Under the pieces are notes generated by a model, which was not told where the DNA came from, did no database searches, and saw only the letters and a program-made list of their open reading frames with translations. Below, piece after piece: positions 1 to 8,598 of a stretch of DNA of 64,000 bases (position 1 is the stretch's first letter; every line of letters begins with the position of its first letter). The translations under genes and the position numbers were made by a program. The stretch lies in the NCBI GenBank assembly GCA_937894725.1, contig CALAYL010000029.1:20471-84470 (forward strand), read 5' to 3'. The DNA is from an uncultured Bacteroidota bacterium (GTDB taxonomy: Bacteria; Bacteroidota; Bacteroidia; Chitinophagales; LD1).

Positions 1-3000
1 TGTTGACCACAAAACTGGCATCGGCACTAGAGTCTATGACTGTGATGGTAAAATGAGCGGTATCTTTTTTATTGCAAGTAGTAGAGTCAAACCAATATAC
101 TACGGCATTATATACACCTGTATTTTGATAGGTATGTGTTGGGGTTCGGAGCGTAGAAGAATCGCCATCGCCAAAATACCAGCTATAATCGCCAAAAGTA
201 TAAGATGTCGTATTGTCAAATATAACGGTCAATGGCGGACAGCCTAGCGTGTCATTTGGTACAATAGCCAAATCAATTGTAGGGGGAATAAAAATTTGCG
301 TAGCAAAGGAATCGCGCAGATTGCATCTTGTAGAATCGGACATGACCAGCTTTACATTATAGCTTCCACTTGATGCATACGCATGAGCGATCGTTTGGGT
401 AGTAGCGGTGTTTCCATCGCCCAAAGTCCATAAATATTTGGTCGTGGCATTGCCTCCTGTAGAGGCTATAGCTACTTGGTTTTGCTTACAATCTATTTGA
501 ATATTGGGCAAAAAATTGGCCTCTAAACTATCGTCTCGCACCCATACTTCTACATAAGCGGTATCTGATACATTACAAGAGTTTGGATCGGTGCCTATAA
601 GCTTTACTAGGTATCTTCCTGTATCAGTAAAGGTATGTACTGGATTGGTAAGCGATGAAAATGCACCATCTCGAAAATCCCACAACACATTTTGCACATT
701 GTACAATACACTCGTAAACTGCACTGTGAGGGGCACACAGCCTGTAGCTCTAGGTGAGGCATTGACAGCTACACTCGTAGCCCCTAAGTTAAATTCTATT
801 TTCAACCCAAGAATATTGCAATTTGCTCCAGGTCTATTTGGCGATACTGTACCTGCTGTAGTAGGGGTAATAAGCACACCACCGCAACTGGCACAAAGCG
901 CTTGATACATCACTCCTCGTTTGTCAAATCTACTCGTGCCCCCATCTACATGTTCATCTACTCCCGCTTTGCCAAAATAAGATCCATACAGCACTGTGGT
1001 TGCATTTTTAGCCAATACAAAAAAGTAAAAATCGTTGCCATCTGTTGTTTTTTGGAGCGCATCATTGGTAATCGGCACATTTTGCAAGCTATTTTCTAAA
1101 AAACCCCACGCTACAAATTGCGAATTAGCTTTACAACCCCAGCCAGATACATACACATTTTGACAGGTATCTACCAAAAATGCTGTAGGAGAAATATTCG
1201 TTTTGCCGCCTCCTCCGCCAAATACTGTAGAGTATATGACCGTAGTCAATGTAGGGTTTAGTTTGGTGATAAACTGCCCACTATTCGGATTGCTGTAGGC
1301 CGCATTTATCACAGGATAAGCTCCTGTGGTTTGCCCTGTTATATACACATCTCCTGCATCATCTTGTTTCACAAAATAAACTTGATCTTTGCCGCTAGTG
1401 CCTATAAATGTGCTATTCAAAATGGCGGTACCAGTAGGATTGAGCAATGCTACAAAACCATCAAACAATCCGCCTTTGTAGGTTGTGTTTAAAGCGCCTG
1501 CCTTTGTCGGAAAGTTGCTACTCATCGTGCCTCCTGCTATATAGAGTCCACCACTCACATCGAGATTGAGCGAATAGCAGGCATCATCGCTACTGCCACC
1601 GATATAGGTGCTGTATATAAGTTGTGAACAGTCATTGTTGAGTTTAAACACGCAACCATCCAGTGCGCCAGCATTACTGGCTTGAGATGCTCCTGGTGAA
1701 ACAGGAAAATTAGTCGAATAGGTACAACTAGCTACATACAAGTTGCCATTTGCATCTGTATTTATTTCCCCTCTATTTTGGTCGCCATAGTTTTGTTTCA
1801 AATTACCTGGAGTTTCCTCTCTGGGGTTATAGTTGATGCCATCCATACCGCTGCCTCCCATGTAGGTAGAGCCAATGAGTGCCGTACCTGTAGCATTCAA
1901 TTTCGTGACGACTATATCAGCACTGCCATTATAAGTAGCATCGTAAGCGCCTACTGTGACAGGAAAATTAGAAGAATAGGTGGTTCCGTAAATTCCCAAA
2001 TTGCCTTGCGCATCTACAATGAGGGAATTAGGAGCTTCATTGTCTCTACCGCCTATATAGGTAGAATATACACGTGCCGTACCGCTAGGGTTGAGTTTGG
2101 TAATGCCCATATCGCATGAAAAGCCAATACCATTACCATTGCCACTACCTGGTGCTGTATTGCCGCCCGTACCTCCACCCCAAGTTGCTTGAAATGCCCC
2201 CGGTGTAGTCGGGTAAAAATTAGTTCCTGCATCGGTAGCATTTACATATCCACCCAAATACATATTGCCACCAGCATCATAGGTAGCCGTGTAGCCCCAA
2301 CTATCTGCCGTAGAGCCTACGTGTGTTGAAAATACAATGGTTGGGTCTATAATTAAAACTTCATTTTTGTCATATCCATCTGGGAAAGTATAAGTAAAAG
2401 AAAGTTCGCTAGTGCTATTCAACATACACTTTACACTCGTTTTTTTACCCTGGATAAATTGATACGCTTCGATATTTTTTTCGATTACCTCCCCGACCGA
2501 AGTTTTGTAGTTGATTTCGTTTTTTCGAAGCGTTATTTTTTCGATACCCTCATATTTTTGTACCAGCTGATTAGGGTCTGCACCGGGCTGTATCACAAAA
2601 TCATATACGATACCCTCGCTATTGCCTTTTACCCGTAGGTCTATGCCATTATACAAGTCCTTGAAAGTGGCAGCAGCATATGCTTTCACGTTGCTACGCC
2701 ATTTTTTGCTGTCATTGCCTATAAAATAGTTGAAATAAGTAGCCGATATATCGGTAGGTACGATAGCCGATGGACTAGCGCCTACAAAACCTATCTTGTA
2801 AAAGTGTGCATTTAGTGTTTTTTCTTTCTGTTTTACACGTTCACTATGCGTATGCCCCAAATTGTGTAGGAGAAAAGAAAGTTTATCTTTTTCTAGTATA
2901 AACGAGCCAATAGTAAGTTCAGCTTTGTATTGCACTTCGGGTGTCCATTGCCCTTCATTTTTGACAAAAAGCATCTCATCGCTAGCCCATAGCCTACATG

Positions 3001-3043
3001 GCAAAAGGAAAAGGGTAACTATAAAATAGAGTCTTTTTAGCAT
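1..3043 (-). CDS. Large secreted cell-surface protein with SBBP-type beta-propeller repeats followed by PKD-like Ig modules; partial, 3' end lies beyond window position 1
   Basis: This gene is absent from the ORF track because it has no stop inside the window. My own minus-strand translation from the ATG at 3043-3041 gives MLKRLYFIVTLFLLPCRLWASDEMLFVKNEGQW (signal peptide plus an FxxNxGQW start). I saw no stop in my by-eye reading of the frame down to position 1, and three stretches were checked codon by codon (see below). Recurrent repeat signatures are SGTARVYSTYIGGRD, TALIGSTYMGGSGM and LIYSTYIGGSSDDA. PKD-like segments follow (VHTFTDTGRYLVKLIGT, HAYASSGSYNVKLVMSD). Other frames hold only short overlapping ORFs. 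Three stretches were checked codon by codon. Confidence 0.8.
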   Translation of the reverse strand, partial: MLKRLYFIVTLFLLPCRLWASDEMLFVKNEGQWTPEVQYKAELTIGSFILEKDKLSFLLHNLGHTHSERVKQKEKTLNAHFYKIGFVGASPSAIVPTDISATYFNYFIGNDSKKWRSNVKAYAAATFKDLYNGIDLRVKGNSEGIVYDFVIQPGADPNQLVQKYEGIEKITLRKNEINYKTSVGEVIEKNIEAYQFIQGKKTSVKCMLNSTSELSFTYTFPDGYDKNEVLIIDPTIVFSTHVGSTADSWGYTATYDAGGNMYLGGYVNATDAGTNFYPTTPGAFQATWGGGTGGNTAPGSGNGNGIGFSCDMGITKLNPSGTARVYSTYIGGRDNEAPNSLIVDAQGNLGIYGTTYSSNFPVTVGAYDATYNGSADIVVTKLNATGTALIGSTYMGGSGMDGINYNPREETPGNLKQNYGDQNRGEINTDANGNLYVASCTYSTNFPVSPGASQASNAGALDGCVFKLNNDCSQLIYSTYIGGSSDDACYSLNLDVSGGLYIAGGTMSSNFPTKAGALNTTYKGGLFDGFVALLNPTGTAILNSTFIGTSGKDQVYFVKQDDAGDVYITGQTTGAYPVINAAYSNPNSGQFITKLNPTLTTVIYSTVFGGGGGKTNISPTAFLVDTCQNVYVSGWGCKANSQFVAWGFLENSLQNVPITNDALQKTTDGNDFYFFVLAKNATTVLYGSYFGKAGVDEHVDGGTSRFDKRGVMYQALCASCGGVLITPTTAGTVSPNRPGANCNILGLKIEFNLGATSVAVNASPRATGCVPLTVQFTSVLYNVQNVLWDFRDGAFSSLTNPVHTFTDTGRYLVKLIGTDPNSCNVSDTAYVEVWVRDDSLEANFLPNIQIDCKQNQVAIASTGGNATTKYLWTLGDGNTATTQTIAHAYASSGSYNVKLVMSDSTRCNLRDSFATQIFIPPTIDLAIVPNDTLGCPPLTVIFDNTTSYTFGDYSWYFGDGDSSTLRTPTHTYQNTGVYNAVVYWFDSTTCNKKDTAHFTITVIDSSADASFVVN

Positions 3044-3180
3044 GGGGTCGAGTGCGATTGAACCTTAAATATCAATATAATTTTCTATTGGTGTGATATA
3101 AAAGACAAAAAAAACAAACTTAAGGATGCATCTCTCTTTTGATTTTAGGCAAAAATGTTTCGTGATTTCGGTTTTGCGTG

Positions 3181-3188
3181 TATATTTG
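3181..3188 (+). promoter_or_regulatory. Candidate Bacteroidota-type -7 promoter box (TAnnTTTG) for the tRNA gene
   Basis: TATATTTG lies 13 nt upstream of the mature tRNA 5' end. TTTC at 3158-3161 sits 19 nt upstream and is an imperfect -33 TTTG. This is a motif match only. Confidence 0.3.
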
Positions 3189-3200
3189 CGCTTCTGTATA

Positions 3201-3274
3201 GGTCCTATAGCTCATTCGGTTAGAGCAACTGACTCATAATCAGTAGGTGCTTGGTTCGATTCCAAGTGGGACCA
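3201..3274 (+). tRNA. tRNA with anticodon CAU (elongator Met or lysidine-modified Ile2); CCA not encoded
   Basis: The cloverleaf was folded by hand. The acceptor stem is GGTCCTA/TGGGACC (one G-U) and the D arm is AGCTCATTCGGTTAGAGC. The anticodon stem is ACTGA/TCAGT with loop CTCATAA. The T arm is CTTGG-TTCGATT-CCAAG and the discriminator is A. Confidence 0.9.
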
Positions 3275-3284
3275 CTTAAAAACC

Positions 3285-3319
3285 AAGCGATTAGACAAAA
3301 AATCTAGTCGCTTTTTTAT
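3285..3319. terminator. Bidirectional rho-independent terminator between the tRNA and the convergent redoxin gene
   Basis: An 11-bp stem AAGCGATTAGA/TCTAGTCGCTT (one wobble) has loop CAAAAAA. T-runs flank it on both strands. Confidence 0.6.
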
Positions 3320-3404
3320 TTAGCTCAAGCTCCTCTCGCACTTATTTTAGCAAAACGTTACTCCAGAATATTTACTTGAGCACGGGCGAAAAAAGTAGCC
3401 GATA

Positions 3405-4022
3405 TTATTTTTTCCACTTCACAGAGCAGCCTACAGCCTTAGTGAGAACAAGTGTTACATCCTTTCCCGCTACCAACTCATCTAGCGCATTTTCAGCATA
3501 ACGCTTCGTTACTTTTGTTGCATCATCGTAGTTGTCATCTATAGCTCCTACATACTTCACCGATAGTTTTTTATTCTCTTTTTGAAGAATATAAACATGT
3601 GGTGTTTTCAATGCGCCATATGCTTTTGCTACTTCTTGCGTTTCATCTATGAGATAAGGAAATGTAAACCCCTTTTCTTTCGCTCTTTTTTGCATTTCAT
3701 CAAATCCATCTTCGGGGTATTGAACTACATCGTTAGGATTGATAGCGATTACTGGATAGCCTAGTTTTTTGTATTTAGCATCTAAGGCGTTTAGTCTGTC
3801 TTCATATTTGATAGCAAAAGGACAGTGATTGCAGGTAAACACCACCACAAAGCCTTTGGCATCTTTAAAGTCAGCTAGGCTAACCATTTTATTGTCGATG
3901 TTTTTGAGTTTGAAATCTGAAGCTTCAGCACCAGGGTCATACCCAGAAACTTTGAAAGTGAATGAAAGTAGTGCTAAAATAGCTACTGAGCTGAGCGCAA
4001 TAAATAATTTTTTCAATTTCAT
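3405..4022 (-). CDS. Thioredoxin-fold (redoxin/AhpC-TSA-like) secreted protein
   Basis: The 205-aa ORF has an N-terminal signal peptide and a CxxC-type motif FTCNHCPF in a thioredoxin-fold context (VVVFTCNHCPFAIKYEDRL). Confidence 0.8.
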   Translation of the reverse strand: MKLKKLFIALSSVAILALLSFTFKVSGYDPGAEASDFKLKNIDNKMVSLADFKDAKGFVVVFTCNHCPFAIKYEDRLNALDAKYKKLGYPVIAINPNDVVQYPEDGFDEMQKRAKEKGFTFPYLIDETQEVAKAYGALKTPHVYILQKENKKLSVKYVGAIDDNYDDATKVTKRYAENALDELVAGKDVTLVLTKAVGCSVKWKK

Positions 4023-4516
4023 TTTAGTGGTTTTTTGAGGTTTACAAAATCAATGAGTTCTTGAAGAGAATAAAAAGAATCTGAGTGGTCAAGTCTTTTG
4101 TCTTTTGCTAACAAAATAGTGTAGGGAATGTTTCCCTGCCAAGAGGGATTTATTTTATTGATAAAATAATCTAAATCGGTTGCGTCTAATAAATATCGAG
4201 TACCCTTCCAGCCTCTTTTTTGGATAAATTTCTCTACTCTTTCTGGATTAGATGGACTATCAAAAGAGAGTAAAATAAGTTCAGGACTTTTATCCCCAAG
4301 TACGCTATCTAATTGCATAAAATACGGCAACTCCTCTACACAAGGCTTGCACCAAGTAGCCCAAAAATTGATGAGCACGGTATTGGAGTCTTGTTTTTGC
4401 TCTATCAACCCAAAGAAAGACTCCGGTTTGATTTTAGCAACAGACTGAGCAGAGAGGTGCAAAGTGATACCACTAATGATAAAGATAAGTAGAAAAGTGG
4501 ATTTTGAATTCTTCAA
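4019..4516 (-). CDS. TlpA/ResA-like thiol:disulfide oxidoreductase
   Basis: The 165-aa ORF has a signal peptide and the motif FWATWCKPCVEELP (WCxxC thioredoxin active site). It overlaps the downstream redoxin gene by 4 nt, which suggests an operon. Confidence 0.8.
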   Translation of the reverse strand: MKNSKSTFLLIFIISGITLHLSAQSVAKIKPESFFGLIEQKQDSNTVLINFWATWCKPCVEELPYFMQLDSVLGDKSPELILLSFDSPSNPERVEKFIQKRGWKGTRYLLDATDLDYFINKINPSWQGNIPYTILLAKDKRLDHSDSFYSLQELIDFVNLKKPLK

Positions 4517-4956
4517 TTTACTGTTTTTGTTTGATACAACTCAAGATATAAGGTGCTATCTTAAAACCAAATAAAAATCCATTTATTTTTTTGCATACAA
4601 CGTTATTTTACACTAGTTTCATATCCTACTTTCCGAAGTCTGACGGTAGGATTGAGGATGGCGACTATGGAATTAAAAAAATGGAAACAAGAATATTTTT
4701 GTTCAAAAATCCGTAGTCCCCTGCCAGTGGCTTTTCTTCAGACTGCGGACAGAAAGGGGAAATGTTCAGCATGGCATCTTGAAATTTAGATTTATCAAGA
4801 TTTAAAATCCAGTTTATTTTACTTCCAGTTCACTTGAGTGGTCTTTAATTTATTGCAAACAAAAAGAAATTGAGCATCCTCGTTGCGCTTCGCTAAAAGA
4901 GGACGAGTGGGGGGGGTTACTTATGGTTAGTGAAAAGAAAAACCATAGGAAAAGAC

Positions 4957-5538
4957 TCAACGACTAGATATCAACTTTTTTAGTCTCAATTTTGTACAAA
5001 AACCAATGTTCAAGTTTACAATTATTGCATAAATCAATTTATCCCTCTCGAGTTTTCTTTTTTGTAGATCAATCTCATTCGTAATTTCTAAATAGATACT
5101 ATTAAAGTCAACATTAAATTTCAGTTTTAAAGATTCATAAACACGGGGATAACTATTTAAGATTTGAATTGTTTCACTATAATCCAATCTGTTCCAATTT
5201 TGATCTTTTAGAAATTCTCCTTTTTTATCAAAGAATGGTAAATAGTCAATCATTCCATCAACCCACTCTATTGCAACTTTAATTGGCAAATAATTATTTT
5301 CTGTGTAAAAAAACTCTTCATTAACAAGTTCGAAATATTGGGATAAAATTTCTTTATCAAAACTGCCTTTTTGCCTTGAAATCTCTCTAAAGTCAGAAAT
5401 GCATTTTTGCATTACAGTAAAATGTATTTGCTTTTTTGAAAAAATATATGCAACCAATATTCCAATTAAGGATAGGCTCGTGAATATGTATGAAATAAAC
5501 TCTAATAAATCCTTATAGCTTTTAACTCCGAATTCCAT
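4957..5538 (-). CDS. Hypothetical protein with a single N-terminal TM helix; AT-rich orphan
   Basis: The 193-aa ORF has a hydrophobic segment ISYIFTSLSLIGILVAYIF near the N-terminus. I recognise no catalytic motif. The DNA is visibly more AT-rich than its neighbours (judged by eye, not computed). Confidence 0.5.
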   Translation of the reverse strand: MEFGVKSYKDLLEFISYIFTSLSLIGILVAYIFSKKQIHFTVMQKCISDFREISRQKGSFDKEILSQYFELVNEEFFYTENNYLPIKVAIEWVDGMIDYLPFFDKKGEFLKDQNWNRLDYSETIQILNSYPRVYESLKLKFNVDFNSIYLEITNEIDLQKRKLERDKLIYAIIVNLNIGFCTKLRLKKLISSR

Positions 5539-5805
5539 TCTCTCAGTAATGTTTTATCACACTTAATAATTTTCTAAAATACTATCTTATATTTATTTAC
5601 CCAAATAAATTGTTTCCTCCAAACTCAGGATCCTCAAATAATATCTTGTTAAATTCTACTCCATTTTGTGATGATTTATTCCTATTTCCCATAAGTTTAT
5701 AATAGATCTTACCTCTTCGAGTTGTTAGCGAAGCGCTACTCGAAGTTAAAAAAAAGGGATATTTATCCCACTACTTAAGAAAATCTAAACATCAAAAGTG
5801 ATTTC

Positions 5806-5840
5806 AAACCCTCAAGGGTTTCAGAAACCCTTGAGGGTTT
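5806..5840. repeat. Perfect 16-bp-stem hairpin AAACCCTCAAGGGTTT-CAG-AAACCCTTGAGGGTTT
   Basis: Read directly from the sequence. Each arm is itself nearly palindromic. On the + strand it is followed by TGTTTCGTT. Confidence 0.7.
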
Positions 5841-5855
5841 TGTTTCGTTGCTTAT

Positions 5856-5885
5856 CTTTTCCAAAGTTCAGAAACTTTGGAAAAG
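5856..5885. repeat. Perfect 13-bp-stem hairpin CTTTTCCAAAGTT-CAGA-AACTTTGGAAAAG, copy 1 of a repeated element
   Basis: Read directly from the sequence. It lies immediately downstream of the stop of the 5892..7628 gene. A related copy is at 7684-7713. Confidence 0.7.
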
Positions 5886-5891
5886 TTTTAA

Positions 5892-7628
5892 TCACCTATC
5901 AAACCATACCTCCCTATACAACCGATACTCCATACTATTGGCAGGCATGTTTTTTACATACGGTTGTACTAGTCTTCGATTGAGATTAAAAAAGATAAAT
6001 AGCACAGGTGCATCATCTATCAAGAGTTGATCGAGTTGGAGATACTTTTTGTTTCGAGCGGCTTCATCAGCTGTAGCGAGCGCATCTTCAAATAATCTAT
6101 CATAGGCTGGGTTCTTGTAGCGAAACGAATTGATGTATGCCTTATCTGTAGGTGATGGTGGCACATGCTGTCCATAAAAAAGATTCAAGAAGTTTTCGGC
6201 ATCGGGGTAGTCAGCCACCCAACCCAATCGCCAAAATTGAAACTTTCCCGACTCCAAATTTTCGGTGTGTTGCGCCCAAAGCGATTGCGCGATGGTTACG
6301 TCTATGCCCAGATTATCGTGTAGCATGGTGGTGATAGCCTCTGCCACTTTTTCATTTCGCCCGCCACCGCTATTGATTTGCAGCGTTATTTTCGGGAAAT
6401 TTTTTCCTTGAGGAAAGCCCGCCATCGCCATTTCTTTTTGCGCCCGAGCTGGGTCAAAGGTATAGCCCTTGAGTTGGCTATGATCATAGCCCGGTAGTCC
6501 TTTGGGTACTATCCCAAAATTGTTGGGCGTCCCTTCGTTTTTGAGGGTGTATTTTACGAGTTTATCCCGGTCGATGGCATAGTTAAACGCTCTTCGGATA
6601 TGCACATCTTTCATCAGGGGGTCGATGGTCAAAAATCCATAATATTGCGAAGACAATTCTTTCACATTTTGCAACACAAACTGGCTGTAAGCAGGCAGTA
6701 GCTGGGCATTGCTGTCAATGATTTCTTGCACCATATCTATCGGTAGCCGATATTTTAGTTCTAAATTTCCCTTCTTAAATTCGAGCATCTCCACCTTTTC
6801 TTCTTTGATGAAAGTCACTTTCACACCATCTAAATACGGTAGCTGATTGCCAAAGGAATCTATGCCCCAATAGTGTTCATTTCTGACCATAAACACCCCT
6901 ACATCAGGCAATACTTTTTTGAGTCGAAAAGGGCCCGTGCCTACGGCTACTTCACGCATATCAGTACCATATTTCTCTACTGCTTCGTGCGGAAAAACGG
7001 CTGTAAACGGCATCGCTAAGCGATACAAAAATCCTGCAAAAGGTCTATTGAGTGTGATGCTAAAAGTGCTATCATCTATCACCTCCAAACCAGCTACATG
7101 CTTATCTTTTCGGGTAGCAGCAGTGAGGCTATCATAATAAAAATTGGCACCCGAAACCATGTCTTTAAACAACCAAAAACCTTGATTAGAAGCATCGGGT
7201 GTACACAGTCTATCGAAGCAGTACTGCACATCTTGGGCTGTCATTTTCCTTCCTTTTCCATTTGGGAAACAAGCATTGTCGTGAAAAAAAACATCGGTGC
7301 GGAGATGAAAAACAAAGCGCTTGGCTGAGTCCAAAATTTCCCATCGGGTAGCCAAGCAAGGCGTGATACTTAGGTCTTCGGTGTTTAGAGAAACTAATCC
7401 CTCATACAACTGATTGGTGATTCGGTGACCGACTACTTCGGTAATGTTTTGCGGATAGAGCGAACGAAAGTATTCCGTTTCATTGACCCGCATCACTCCC
7501 CCACATTTCACATTACCTTTGGAAGTGCGTTTGGGCAGTTGGGTTTGGGAGCTATCGCCTCCACATGCCTGCAAAAGAAAAAGTAAACAAAAAGCGAGAG
7601 GGTAAAATGATTTCATGCTAAAAGCCAA
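5892..7628 (-). CDS. ABC transporter substrate-binding lipoprotein, family 5 (oligopeptide/dipeptide/nickel type)
   Basis: The 578-aa ORF has a lipoprotein signal ending LLQACGG. Its length and sequence features are typical of OppA/DppA-like SBPs (VMRVNE..FRSLYP, GTGPFRLKK, YPDAENFL). Confidence 0.85.
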   Translation of the reverse strand: MAFSMKSFYPLAFCLLFLLQACGGDSSQTQLPKRTSKGNVKCGGVMRVNETEYFRSLYPQNITEVVGHRITNQLYEGLVSLNTEDLSITPCLATRWEILDSAKRFVFHLRTDVFFHDNACFPNGKGRKMTAQDVQYCFDRLCTPDASNQGFWLFKDMVSGANFYYDSLTAATRKDKHVAGLEVIDDSTFSITLNRPFAGFLYRLAMPFTAVFPHEAVEKYGTDMREVAVGTGPFRLKKVLPDVGVFMVRNEHYWGIDSFGNQLPYLDGVKVTFIKEEKVEMLEFKKGNLELKYRLPIDMVQEIIDSNAQLLPAYSQFVLQNVKELSSQYYGFLTIDPLMKDVHIRRAFNYAIDRDKLVKYTLKNEGTPNNFGIVPKGLPGYDHSQLKGYTFDPARAQKEMAMAGFPQGKNFPKITLQINSGGGRNEKVAEAITTMLHDNLGIDVTIAQSLWAQHTENLESGKFQFWRLGWVADYPDAENFLNLFYGQHVPPSPTDKAYINSFRYKNPAYDRLFEDALATADEAARNKKYLQLDQLLIDDAPVLFIFFNLNRRLVQPYVKNMPANSMEYRLYREVWFDR

Positions 7629-7683
7629 AATACGTTTTTATCTTAAATCATACAGCAGAAAAAAAAATTAGCTTTCTAAATAA

Positions 7684-7713
7684 CTTTCCCGAAGTTTTAG
7701 AACTTTGGAAAAG
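7684..7713. repeat. Imperfect hairpin CTTTCCCGAAGTT-TTAG-AACTTTGGAAAAG, copy 2 of the 5856-5885 element
   Basis: The core AACTTTGGAAAAGTTT (16 nt) is identical between copies at 5873-5888 and 7701-7716, and about 22 of 30 positions match across the wider element (by eye). The two copies are in direct orientation and bracket the SBP gene. Confidence 0.6.
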
Positions 7714-7730
7714 TTTATACCAAAAAAATA

Positions 7731-8468
7731 CTATTTCAATTTTCGCAAGGCCTCTAAAATATCAGCAGGCTCTGCTCGCTCTCTATAATCGGCTCGCACA
7801 AAAGCATAGCGGATGATGCCTTTTGGGTCTATCACATAAGTAGCCGCCAAGGGTAGCTCATTTGTTTCATCGCCATTATATGTATGCAGATCAAAACTAT
7901 TTTGATATGATTCGGCTACTGCTTCAGTCAGTCTAAAAACGATACCATACGTTTTAGCCACTTCATTTCCTACATCTGACAAGACCGTAAATTCTAATCC
8001 TATTTTTTCTTTTGTTGTGAGCGATTTGTCGGGTAGCTCTGGTGTGAGTACTACAAAACTAGCCCCTGCCTCTTTAAATTTGGGCATCTCCGTTTTCATC
8101 CGATTCAAGGTGATATTGCAGTATGGACACCAGCCACCTCTATACCAAGTCAGCACCACAGGCCCTTGGGCTAATAGTTTTTTGAGCGAAATAGTTTTGC
8201 CTGTAGCATCTGTAAGTGCGAAATCGGGGGCTTCTTCGCCTACTTTTTTCGCTTTTTTGAGTGTCCCCTTTTCAATTATATCATTTATGCCTGCCGCATA
8301 AATCTTTTTTTGTTCCTCGGTAGCGCTTGCTTCAAACTTTGCCTTTTTCTCGTCTAGCAACGATTTGAGCGTAGGTTCTGTACCTACAGTAGGTTTAGAA
8401 AGCGATGACTGCGCCTTTGCTGAATACAAAAACACAAAAGTGAATAGCACAATAAGATGTTTGGTCAT
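7731..8468 (-). CDS. Peroxiredoxin-like (AhpC/TSA family) secreted thiol protein
   Basis: The 245-aa ORF has a signal peptide and the motif VVLTWYRGGWCPYCN, typical of the peroxiredoxin-like family. Confidence 0.8.
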   Translation of the reverse strand: MTKHLIVLFTFVFLYSAKAQSSLSKPTVGTEPTLKSLLDEKKAKFEASATEEQKKIYAAGINDIIEKGTLKKAKKVGEEAPDFALTDATGKTISLKKLLAQGPVVLTWYRGGWCPYCNITLNRMKTEMPKFKEAGASFVVLTPELPDKSLTTKEKIGLEFTVLSDVGNEVAKTYGIVFRLTEAVAESYQNSFDLHTYNGDETNELPLAATYVIDPKGIIRYAFVRADYRERAEPADILEALRKLK

Positions 8469-8598
8469 TTTTTTTGATTAAATTTATAAATATGCTAGCC
8501 TGTTTTTAGCTGCGCTAGCTTTCTTTAAGAATTATTCTAAAATAGGTACTATTTTTGAAAGAAAACAATTTGACTCTATTTCACCCAAATAAGCATAC

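Noticed and set aside
53-2241. Short track ORFs (53..247, 591..905, 902..1099, 1778..2119 on the + strand; 2053..2241 on the - strand)
   Set aside because: All lie inside, and out of frame with or antisense to, the long uninterrupted minus-strand reading frame 1..3043. That frame has clear SBBP and PKD repeat signatures. The short ORFs have low-complexity, non-protein-like sequences.
4560-4930. Possibility that the structured spacer is RNase P RNA, tmRNA, SRP RNA or 6S RNA
   Set aside because: I looked on both strands for hallmark strings: P4 GAGGAAAGTCCGGGC and ACAGAA..CCGGCTTA, the tmRNA GGGGCTGA 5' end with tRNA-like 3' end, and the SRP GGAAGCAGCC loop. I found none. The region remains unexplained and is reported as a finding rather than called.
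3201-5891. tRNA-adjacent genomic island hypothesis
   Set aside because: There is no integrase gene. I could find no direct repeat of the tRNA 3' end (GGTTCGATTCCAAGTGGGACCA) downstream. The two genes next to the tRNA are ordinary thiol-redox genes.
5798-6030. Two overlapping 60-aa + strand ORFs
   Set aside because: They run through the perfect hairpins and into the 3' end of the SBP gene on the opposite strand. They have no coding-like composition.
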